A DNA stretch of 64,000 nt from positions 72,336-136,335 of the forward strand of contig NMRA01000300.1 in assembly GCA_002633005.1 (NCBI GenBank), written 5' to 3'. A model generated the notes under the pieces. It worked only from the letters and a program-made list of their open reading frames with translations. It was not told the DNA's origin and did no database searches. This document shows positions 51,539 to 62,367 of the stretch, piece after piece (the first letter of the stretch is position 1; each line of letters opens with the position of its first letter). This DNA comes from Phoronis australis. Lineage: Eukaryota; Animalia; Phoronida. The translations under genes and the position numbers were made by a program.

Positions 51539-53278
51539 AAAAGTGTTAAATGTACGTTGTGCTACTTTTAAATATTGAAAACAAAAATCAACACATTTTT
51601 TACGAGTACTCAATGTTGAATGAATGTTTTAAGCATATTATTGTCTATTAAATATTTTGTTCCATAAAAACATTTTTAACGGTAATAAATATTTAATGGC
51701 AAAAGCTATGTAGGGTAAATATATTTTGAAAATGTTGAATTAAATATGAATCATGGATAAAATTCAATTTAGCTATTTAAACATTCTGTTCAGTTTTTAA
51801 ATTTTCATATTTTCCGTCAGCAAAACATATCCAAATCAAATAGCAATGGATCAAAAACAATGGGAAATGCAAATTTAGTTAATTGAACAGTATATATTTA
51901 TTTTTTGACATTTTCTGTTAGCAAAACACATCAAAACACACAACAGCTGATGAAAAATCATTCGATGGGAGATTGTGAGTACAATTTTGTGTTGATCTAT
52001 AGCGGTAGCAGCAGCAGTGTTTATATATTTTAGTCAACACGCAATGTTTAGTCGACACCAACAAAATAATTTTTTAATATTTATAACACTATGTAACCAG
52101 TCTGGACGGGGCTTGACAGATCAACAATTAACAAATCAAACATAAATATGGATACACCTATCCCCGGTTTGATGGCAAATTATCTTTAGTCCCGTCCGCG
52201 CAAAGCCTTCCCTAGAGCAACTTGATAAGAGTCTGCTATGAAAGTTAAGTTGGTGGACAGAGATATTATGTCGTTTTGTTCTAAGTGAATCATATGTGAC
52301 GTAATCATCAAATAATTATGCTAAGCAGTTCATCTTCAACTGAGTTCGAGTTACTATCCGAGTGTGTGTATTAACTGGTTTCTATAGATAAAGCTGTGGG
52401 TCCTGGCCAATGACCAAGGAGTGACCAAGGAGTGACCAATTGACTTACTTATACACCACTTTCAGCAATATATTCATGTTTGAACAAAATATCCAATCTC
52501 ACGTTAAGTTTGGTTATAGGGGATTGAGCCCATGCGTTTGTGAGCGTTCAAACAATTTATTTCGTGTATCTTGAATACAACAAATACTCGAGATTGATTA
52601 TTACTATTATTGAATAACACTTTAACATTAAACCTCTCCTGACATTTTTGCCATTATAATTTTATAAAAATATGTGTTTATGAATTCTACAAAATTTAAT
52701 TTTCATCTATTATTTTAAGAACTAATTATATTGTTCAAGATTTAGACAGATTGTGTATGCCTGCATACAACTTTGGGTCTTAATTAATTTAATTTTTTGG
52801 GCATTTCAAACATTTGTCTCACACTAGGTATTCGCGCAGCACGGACGTTTTAAGAAATATGGACTTGCCTCTTTAATAATTAGGGGCGCGCTCAGTTTTC
52901 TGATTTTAAAGCAACTTCGCATTCAAAGATACACTTAGATTGTTTGTAATTGTTGGTGGCTGCGATAGAATTCTTGAGGTTATTGCCTTCGTAAAGATAG
53001 AATTGTGAAATCCATTGTTGTGTCGTGATTTTATTACAAAGCGTCGGTTCCCAAATCTAATTTCTAGATATTCGATAGAAATAAGTGTATTTGAAGACGG
53101 TAGCCTTATCATTTAATACGTTTAAAATATAAAGCTAATTGCCGCTGTTGATAAGGTGTCGGATAGGGATCACTGAAGTCGTGGGTTTTTAATTTGTTTT
53201 CCGACTACTTTCAAATACGCGACGTTGCAATTAACAGCGAAATAATCGGTTTTACTGACGAAAGGCCCGTTATTATGG

Positions 53279-53530
53279 GATGCGTGCGCACATCCAGCCC
53301 AAAATATAAGGGGGGGGGGTCGAATTTTCGACAATGTGGACCTTTTCCTAACAAAACAACCGAGGGACTAGAAAACGGGGTACCATGTTCAGAGCTATGA
53401 GTTGTGCATTCGCGCCTTTTTAGTGGGCTTTTGTCTGGTTTTCTTGTACTTTTTGTTTCGCTGGGCGGAACCTTTTGCCCACTTCGCCAAATGGGGGGGC
53501 TCATTTGAGTCCCCCCTGGGTGCGCGCATG
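53279..53530. mobile_element. Degenerate G/C-tract MITE in Wnt1 intron 2
   Basis: ATGCGTGCGCACATCCAG ... G10 ... CCCCCCTGGGTGCGCGCATG; imperfect TIR, TSD unclear. Confidence 0.5.
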
Positions 53531-54983
53531 TTATTGACTTGTCTAAGTTAATAACTCTGTTTAAGTTATGATGGAATACTTACGTATCTCTGCGAAGGAA
53601 GCATTGCTTGGTTTTCCAGATGTCCAAAAGAAAATGTTTGTATGCTATAAAATTGTTTATTATTATGCTTGTATTATTGTTTATTATTATGCTTGTATTA
53701 TTGTTTATTATTATGATAGATAAGCGCCTATCTTTGAACATTTTTGTTTTAAATTACTAAAAATTTGATAGATTTACAAAACATAACTTTAGAAAAACAG
53801 GTCAACATATGGAAAGAAATTGATTTTCGGATGTTGTAACACGGCTTGCTATAACTGTAGTGATTGGTTAGTGTTGGCCTCGCACGTGCATACTGTGTAC
53901 ACGCGTATATTTTGTTGATATATAATGAAAACAATCTGGCTGTTTTTGTGACGGCATTACCAATCGCTAGTTCTCGCCGTTGTCTGCCGGACTTTTATTT
54001 AAATTTAAGTTGCTGACATCATTTATCGAGCGGGATATACCGTAGTAACTCACCTAGCCGACCGTCGAACTGCGATCTCCGGATGTTCGATTCCGCATTA
54101 GGGCTGATCCCAGAAACCTGTTTCACAGCTAATTTCACTTTATTTTGCCGAATTGTTTCAAAGTTTGTATGAATAATACGAAAATACAAATACTTTCAAG
54201 ACTGGTTGTCAAATATGAACCGTCAAGTTGGAAATTATCCTGGGCAGACGAATTGATGTCTTTGAAAGGAGACTGGGTGACATTTATGTAACTGTTGCCC
54301 TATTTTTGCCTTATTCATTACAAACCAATGTTCATGTGATAGTGTGCATCTGGACAGTCTACTGTCGTGCGTGCGACCTGTCCATTATTCTCACACATAA
54401 ATAAAACTCGAGAAAACAGCAGTATAAAGAGCTGCGATAAGGGTGAAGGAGTCTCAATTGCCCTCGGAGTTTGGGCCACCTTTCCAGTGCGGGGTCCTGT
54501 CAAACGCCTGGCCAGCTGAAGATGTGATTTATGCGTTGTTGTCGGAGAAGTAGAAAACAACTCAGGCAGCCACGTCTACTGTTGAAAAATTAATAGTTAA
54601 TGTTTCGAGGTAAATCAACCAAACCAGAAAAATCAATCAGCTTGTAAGTTAGATACTTTTAAGAGTTTAATGTAGAAGTATATAAAATGAACGTGTTGAG
54701 GATAGCAAACCTTCCTCCGTCGTGCTGGGCCTTCTATTTTGCATTGATGTTTGTTATGACCAGAATTCTTTCTTCACATGCCGTTTTGTTCCTTAATACG
54801 CCTATTTCCTCATGAAAGGCAGTTCTCCCTCAACAAGAGGCACGAGTAAGCACATTGTCCATGCTGCAGGTCGGGAAGAAACGTATTAATGGCAAGAGAA
54901 CGTTAACGAGACCTGAAGAGATGTCCTGTTTGTTCGGAACACTGTGTCTTGTGCTTCATTCGCTAATAACTATCCCGTTACAG

Positions 54984-55093
54984 GCTTCCGAGAGACGGCG
55001 TTCATCTACGCAATTACCAGCGCGTCCGTAACACATGCCGTGGCCAAGGCCTGCAGCGAGGGGCTAATAGCCACGTGCTCGTGCGCTGCCAAG
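54984..55093 (+). CDS. Wnt1: Wnt1 exon 3
   Basis: TTACAG acceptor; (G)[36 protein letters not shown]; AAG|GTGACT donor. Confidence 0.95.
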
Positions 55094-55212
55094 GTGACTA
55101 TTTTCTTAAAATTCAAGTTAGTGTTTTCATTCGAATGCTGGACATTTATGAGGTTTTCCTCGATTATGATACATCGAACTTCTGATTAAATGTGTTTTCA
55201 TAAACATTACAG

Positions 55213-55365
55213 CGTAAGGAGCCTAGTCAAGACTGGAACTGGGGCGGGTGCAGCGACAACATACAGTTTGCACGACGGTTTTCGCGAAAATTTGTTGATG
55301 TTACCGAGAAAGGGCGAGACTCACGCTACATGATGAATAGGCATAATAACATGGCTGGGAGACTG
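55213..55365 (+). CDS. Wnt1: Wnt1 exon 4
   Basis: TTACAG acceptor; [51 protein letters not shown]; CTG|GTATGT donor. Confidence 0.95.
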
Positions 55366-55804
55366 GTATGTTGGCATGTTAACGCGGTACAAAACCTGTG
55401 ACTATAAACTGGAATTTAATTTGCATTTCCGTTGACCTGAAATACCTCAGTTATCCGCGTGTACTGGGGGACAAGTCATTAGCTGTCATCACCGGAGATG
55501 ACTTTTGTCATTCCAGGTAACTCGTCAGTTTCCGATAAACACCAACAATAGACTATTACCGCGACCAACTTTTCCGAAAATTGTTTTGTAAATTTTGACA
55601 TCACGTCTATTACCAAATCCGTGACGAGAGATGAGTCAGAGAAATACTGAAATAATTTCACGATTATTCCAGTTGTTCACATTCCATTCCTTTATAATCG
55701 TATTCAGATTGCGACGATGAATACCGTTGAAATAATTAAGATACTAATTTAATTTAAAAAAGGGATATTCAAACGATTCTTGCACCTCTGTATTTCTATT
55801 TCAG

Positions 55805-55964
55805 ACCGTAGTCAAGGAGATGGTTCGTGACTGTAAATGTCACGGAATCTCGGGAGAGTGTTCTATAAAAACATGCTGGATGAGGCTGCCTACGTTTCGT
55901 CATGTGGGAGATTTGATTAAAGAGAGATTTGACGGGGCCTCCAGGATATATCAAGGAAACGAAG
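55805..55964 (+). CDS. Wnt1: Wnt1 exon 5 (lipidated thumb)
   Basis: TTTCAG acceptor; [53 protein letters not shown] (CWMRLP and FDGASR are Wnt1-typical); G|GTGAGA donor. Confidence 0.96.
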
Positions 55965-57278
55965 GTGAGAGCAGATATAAGGCTTCTGTGCACCTGTCGC
56001 GTGTACAAAAACCTTCTAAGGTGTAAATCTCACAAATACTTCTTAGGACGCTTTGGCTTATTCAGTACAAGCGACATAAAGTTTTATATGTTACACTCGA
56101 GTGGTCACTATCCATACATTGTTTTATTCCAGTTTACGGTTGAGTGATTTTGTCAAGCAGGTATTGCTTGCGGTAATACATAAGGTTGACCTTTTTGCTA
56201 ACATTCAACACAAAAGTTAACAAATTGAAAACAAACAAACCACTAATACTATTTTATGTAAACACGAACTGAACAGGTGGCTGGTTCAATACAACAGAGC
56301 ACACATAAGATTCAGTCGCTGGTGACACGCAGTAGACGGGTTGTTAATGGTTCGTTCACAGGAATTTTGACCCAGACAGAATATTTGTAAAAGCGTAACT
56401 TGTTTTTAAATTCTATTTTTCCGAACGTTTGAAGTTTCTCCAGAAACTAAAATATCGAATAAATTATCTTGGTAACTTTCGTAGTTCCCTTGCCCGTTTC
56501 ACATAGAATCGCGGGGGCGTAGTTTATGTGACATCTATTGTGAAAAACGATAACTAACAGACGTTCTTCGTCAAGCGGTACGTTCTCTCTCAACCAATTG
56601 TTTTGTTTATTGTTTTGTCAATAGGTAATCGGGGATCGTCAGTGCAACTTAAACGAACCGAAGGTTAGTTTACGATGTGAATTAATGTGTGCAAAACATT
56701 TCAAAGTGACTCTGTCGCAGCGACTCCTGGCGTGTTAGTAGTGTTTACGAGACCTTGACAATATTTGGTCTATACACCGTAACCTTTCTGACTAGAATAG
56801 TGCGCTTGCTACATTAACATTAGGGAGCCACAATATCTGAACACTATACATGTAAAGGGATGCAGTTGTAGAACACCGTAGCAGCCCTGATTTTGTTCAG
56901 CGCCATCGTTCGGCGGGTAATAAAGCAGTGCCACGGGGCTTTGTATTCCGTTCACATGACGTGAACACAACCTCAGTCTGCTCTTGACTGAGGAAACAAT
57001 CTTTGATTTGACTTCAGTTTTTGAATAAGTTTTTTTGCTTTCAACCGCACTTTATGTCTTGTACTCCTGAATTCAGAGTGACATTTGCGGAGTGATGAGG
57101 GTTTTTTCGTTTATAAGAAGCTACACAACTTGGAAATACAGGCGCGTTTCGTCTGGCAACAGTGATTTGCAAGGGAATTGGCTGATTGATGATATAGTAA
57201 GAGCGTTTTGTGGGGTTTATTAAATTCTGCGTTATGTAACTGGGTGTACTTATCTGCACAAGTTGTTTTTTGTTACAG

Positions 57279-57622
57279 GGAATTCTGCAAGAAGCAGGAA
57301 ACGGCAGAATCGCAAATACGTCTTCAATATGTATCCAGTGGATCCTAATCACAAAAAACCGGGGAAGCGAGATCTCGTGTACTTTGAGAACTCTCCTGAC
57401 TTCTGCAAGACTGACAAATACTTGGGAATCAACGGCACACGAGGTCGTGAATGCAACGCGACATCACTGGGCGTGGAAGGGTGTGACTTGATGTGTTGTG
57501 GGCGGGGTCACCGCACTGAAACGTACACTTACAGGGAACGTTGCAACTGTAAATTCACTTACTGCTGTACAGTGAAATGTGACTACTGTGAAAAAACGCG
57601 AGTTAGGCACACGTGCAAATGA
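57279..57622 (+). CDS. Wnt1: Wnt1 exon 6 (last)
   Basis: TTACAG acceptor; ...PNHKKPGKRDLVYFENSPDFC...GTRGRECNATSLGVEGCDLMCCGRG...CNCKFTYCCTVKC...HTCK*. Joined CDS is 1143 nt, 380 aa. Confidence 0.96.
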
Positions 57623-58592
57623 ACACTTACGGGTAGGCTCTGAGAAAGTGGTGCAGGGAGATTTGCAAACAGGCAGCAGTCTTAATCAAAGTGTCATGGC
57701 GATTGAACACAATGGTTGCCACGAACACTGAGTGAACTAGTGTACTACTTCGGAAGAGATGTCATATTCTTGCCATGAGACGCTGTCGGACATCCGAGTT
57801 TTGACACGCAGCTTCCAAGAAGCAGCATGATGATTCTTTATGAAAAACACGTCATATGTGTTTTGTTAACGTAGCAATGTTTGACGATGTATAACAGGTT
57901 GCGCAGCAGCGCAAAAATGAGTGCCGTCGGTGGTTTCACTGTTAACTCCTCTCCGGCAAGCAACATCTGAGTTTGTTCTCTGAATTAAACACCAGAAGAC
58001 GCACACGTAGTTGATTCGCACAGTCATTTAAATACTAGTCTAGAACCAGTCTCAAATGTTTAGCATAAGAGTCTAGTGTATATCTCGAAAACGAGGCCAT
58101 TAGGTCATCTGTTTGACCAATATAAGCTGTCATCTCGTTTTTGAGCGTATTTCTAATAATCCGGTTTTATTCTCTGAGATTTATGCAAGTGCTGCTCACT
58201 GATTCAGTGTTCTTTTTGAATAACCACGATGAAATACGAAAATAGAAGCACAGGTTTACTATCAACCAAAACAAAGTGTTCGGCTCACGTGACTTTGTGA
58301 GCAGAAGGCATAATGATCACGAGCCGAACTTTTCGTCGGGAGTCTGACTTAAGTTACGTCAGTTAAGGCTGTAAAGGTAGGCTGTGTTTTTTCCAGCAGT
58401 TTTAAATATATTGGTTAATCTCAGTCTTGATTGACCAGTAAGGAACCAGATGTCAGAGATAAACACTAGACATTAATGCTAATTTAGTCTGGATTCGAGA
58501 CTAAATTGAAACCGTCCGTTACATGTCGCGACCTCTGGCGATTGCTCCTCCCAGAGTGGATTCTGTCGCTTTGCAGGTATGTTTCTCAACTT

Positions 58593-58733
58593 CACGGGCG
58601 GCGCACCTTGGAGGNNNNNNNNNNNNNNNNNNNNNNNNNNNNNNNNNNNNNNNNNNNNNNNNNNNNNNNNNNNNNNNNNNGGGGGGGGGGGTGGGGGCTA
58701 TAGCCCCCACTTTTCAGTGCTGCGCCGCCCATG
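58593..58733. mobile_element. G-tract MITE with 5-bp TSD in the presumed Wnt1 3'UTR
   Basis: CACGGGCGGCGCA ... TGCGCCGCCCATG TIRs; AACTT at 58588-58592 and 58734-58738; spans an N gap. Confidence 0.82.
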
Positions 58734-59241
58734 AACTTGGCCGTATAACCCGTCTATATTGAGCGGCGTTGCAATGCCAGCAGTAGTCCTGGATTTACGC
58801 TTTCCCCTGATATAATCGCCTCAGTCAGGGAGTTGTGATGTCAGTGCGAGTCGAGTGACTGAATCGTTCACCTTCGTTACGACATGTCGTGTGTTGAAAA
58901 CCAAACCAGCATGATATCCTTTCTGTTAATTGGAGTAGCGATTGCGTCACAGTTAGATTGTCCTATGATTCAGAGGCAGTATACTTGTGTAGAATAGTGT
59001 TTTGTTTTGCTGATGCGTCTCTGGTTGAGGCGAGTAAGTGATGCCAGCGACACCTATATGTATGCGTCTATTGTTGATCGCTGTGTATGTTATTCAGCAT
59101 TTCTATCACAGTAGACTATCAGTTTTTATATCTTTCATAATTTGCTCATCGAGTGCCTTGTACTTGAATTATCGTATGGTGTCAAACCTCTAACCTCACT
59201 GTCGTTTTATAAACACTTTATTTATACGACCTTATGATACC

Positions 59242-59338
59242 AATAAAACCTGTTTTATTTTCTTATCACCTTACTTTGCCAGTAATCAAGCGTTCTTATA
59301 AAGTACGAGAAAACACATACAATTTGCACAATTTTATT
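59242..59338. terminator. Candidate poly(A) signals for Wnt1 (+) and Wnt6 (-)
   Basis: AATAAA on + at 59242-59247; AATAAA on - at 59254-59259 and 59333-59338. Confidence 0.55.
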
Positions 59339-60886
59339 ACAAAGTCGGTGCACATGATTATAATTGATACGCCCATTACATTAATTTTAATAGTTACGTA
59401 ACAACAACCAATCGATAAAATGTTCAGTTCAAAAACAGATCTCAATCACACGTCCACTTGACAGGAAAACATTAAAGTGGCTGTATCTATCCACATTACA
59501 GTGGCTGTATCCACATAAAAGATTCCAGACGCCGGTACGTAATTAGATGAACAATTCAATACTTTTAAAGTAAACTGAAAAAGTTTCGGGATATATTACC
59601 CCAGAAGTATTAAGCAGTAAAATTCAAGTTTTATTGCGATGCAATAGCGCAAGTGACAGCGCTGTTTTATCTTCGTCGAAATCGGCAGGATTCTACCGAA
59701 GTACCAGACGGATGCGAGTTCAAATTAAGGTGTACATGATTTTGAGGAAATTTAGCTTTAAGCTACTGGACTCGACGTCTGAAACTCAACTCATACTCGA
59801 ATCTCGAATATAAGACCAATCCAAAAAAGTGCACAAAGAAAAAAAAACAACATAAGAGAAATAAATAGTTTGCCTCGCGATTCAGACGAAAACATGTATA
59901 GGCAGTAAAGAGTACTCGTGAACTGAACGTAACTAAAATAATGCGTTAGCCTAGCTAAATGTTAATTACGATGGGTGTTTCGAGCAGCAGTTGGGTGTTT
60001 TATGGACTCTCGTTGAAAGTTAGGCTCTGCGGTATTCTGAAGTGGCCCAACGTATTCTGTCTACGATTGTAGGGATGACGTCATTTGGTGGAGGTGCTCA
60101 CACGTCACGCCACCTTCCGGTATAGAGGCAAAACTAACATCGAGTGCTCCTGAAATAGAAATCACTCGTCACCTCTCTTGTTATCACCAACCATACTCCC
60201 TCTCGAACTTCACAAAGTTTAGCTGCGCGAATTTTACAACCATCGTTTTCGGCTGGTGTGCTGTAATCACCCCATTTCCGGGTTTACAACTGGGTAGCAG
60301 ATATGAGTCAAATATGTAACTTTTTCTTAATCTCGTCTGAGGTCCAATTAGAAGCTAAGCGTTGAAGGTTAACAATTTTTTGCGTTTCCAATGTACGGCC
60401 ATTACGTCAGCGGAAGTGGGACAAAATAATTTCTGCACAGCTCTTGCAATCTATGGTATGAACGGTTGTTGTGTGTCACGTGTGCGCATGCTCCTTCAGC
60501 TGTAGAGATATTCTGGTCCCTGAAGTGCGAGCGGCGCATAAGTTGAAAAGACAAGCAATGACTTAATCTTTAACTCACATGTTTTCAAGTCGGCTTGAGG
60601 ATCTACTGACAAGTCTATATGTCTCACGTTATTTCTTAACTCTACTTCTTCGAGAAGCATAGCGGCTAATCATCTGTGGTGGCCACTTTAGTGATACAAA
60701 GCCAATGTTGCAAAAATCTAACTTTAAAAAAATCTTAGTTAAATCTGCTTTTTTGAAATACTTTTCATAATGAAAGAACTGCCTGTACTTGGTGATCAGG
60801 TTTGACATAAATTACTTTTCCGTTGCCAATCTTTCAGTAACGTAAATGAATACGTGCATGCTTTGGTCCGGCGTGCTATTATTAAG

Positions 60887-61074
60887 CAACACGCTCCGCA
60901 GTAGACAGCACTATTTCACTTGCCAACACGCTCCGCAGTAGACAGCACTGTTTCACTTGCCAACACGCTCCGCAGTAGACAGCACTGTTTCACTTGCCCA
61001 CACGCTCCGCAGTAGACAGCACTATTTCACTTGCCAACACGCTCCTCAGTAGAGAGCACTGTTTCACTTGCCAA
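60887..61074. repeat. 37-bp minisatellite x5
   Basis: CAACACGCTCCGCAGTAGACAGCACT(A/G)TTTCACTTGC at 60887, 60924, 60961, 60998 and 61035, with no spacers. Confidence 0.96.
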
Positions 61075-61905
61075 AATGTGTTCAAACTGACTTGATACCA
61101 ACACACTTTTAAAGCGACGATATTCCGCCCTCGATCACAAAAAACTAACTTTTTCATGCAATAGTCCACTCACCGTGATAGAACAGACCTCGAATCGCTC
61201 CTTAAAGATACACTTTCATTTCAGTCACACTAATATTTAGAACACAAGATGAGTATCGTCAGTCGAGAGATATCACTAAAATCTAAACATTACGTAACTT
61301 TCACCCCTGTTTGTGTTTACCTTATCTTACTATAATTGTTTTGCTAAAGTTTTTAAATGGGTCATGGTGATTGCACGGGAATCTCGTTACATATGGCGGC
61401 AGATGTGTGAGTACCCATAACACATGAGTCACGTGTCACTCACTACCGCGGCCATTTTAGTTGGTGGGGCACCACCGTAAATGAAATTATTTTTAGGCAA
61501 TTCGTGTTATATTTAGTTTGAAAATATTTGGTATTCTGTTGAATGATAATTATTTGGGCTTAACATTCTAGTGAACCAACGTTCGTTTATCAAGTTTTTA
61601 ACTAAATAGGCGGAAAAGTATCTTTAACTGGAGGTCATTTCCAAGCTTCAAACTAGAACTGTTCGATATTTTTTCAAACCGAGGTCATATACTAAACGTC
61701 ACAACCTGACCATTGCCGGAAGCAGTAACGAACAGTCGTTTTTTCCAAGCCGAGAGGCCACTTCCGAACTGAATGACTAAGAGGTCAGACCATTTTAATC
61801 ACGGTAAGTGGTTCAAATAAAATATTCTCAACAGAAAGCATGGTCTTAAAGGCGCTTTAGCTCTCCGTCCTGTGGTATCGCTCGTTCTATTTTGGAACCA
61901 TCTCA

Positions 61906-62367
61906 TCAATGGCAAGTATAGAATGTTCTCGTAATCTCACAAGTCTGACAGATGACTTCACAGCAATAGATCAGACGACATTTGCAATTAATAGTGGAGT
62001 TGACACTATGGCGCTTGTAACCACGGCCACAACACATAATCTCACAACCTCCAACGCCCATAGAATCGGGATTGCACTGTCTACCTCGGGTCCCCGAAGT
62101 GCCGAATCGTTTGTTTGGCTTACAGAAGTTAGGCGAACGCTCCGAATAAACCAAGTCTTCACGGAGCGGCCTCTTTATTGAACTGCCTTCGGGAATTAAC
62201 GACCGACCGTCGTTCGAACTGACCACCTTAACGGCGCCATCGAATTTTTCTTTAAGTCTGTTTCCGACTTCTCTAAATAATGGCATTTTTCTCCAACACG
62301 TCTTTATGTTGCAAGAGCCAGTCAGGCCGTGGCATTGGCAGTCAAGTTTCATATGTTTTGTGACACT
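61906..62367 (-). CDS. Wnt6: Wnt6, last coding exon (earlier exons not found in the window)
   Basis: Minus-strand acceptor TTTTACTTTTCAG, phase 0; SVTKHMKLDCQCHGLTGSCNIKTCWRKMPLFREVGNRLKEKFDGAVKVVSSNDGRSLIPEG...DLVYSERSPNFC...; CWRKMP, NDG.SLIPEG and DLVYS are Wnt6-typical; linked to Wnt1. Confidence 0.9.
   Translation of the reverse strand, partial: SVTKHMKLDCQCHGLTGSCNIKTCWRKMPLFREVGNRLKEKFDGAVKVVSSNDGRSLIPEGSSIKRPLREDLVYSERSPNFCKPNKRFGTSGTRGRQCNPDSMGVGGCEIMCCGRGYKRHSVNSTINCKCRLIYCCEVICQTCEITRTFYTCH

Noticed and set aside
49165-53715. Short local tandem duplications (~49166, ~49410, ~50071, ~53650)
   Set aside because: Two or three copies of ~20-70 bp units, ordinary slippage products.
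60887-61074. 37-bp repeats as a CRISPR array
   Set aside because: Units are head-to-tail with no unique spacers, there are no cas genes, and the context is eukaryotic.
61906-62367. Wnt10, Wnt9 or a Wnt pseudogene
   Set aside because: CWRKMP, the short NDG.SLIPEG linker and DLVYS match Wnt6; the frame is intact, the Cys pattern is complete and the acceptor is good.
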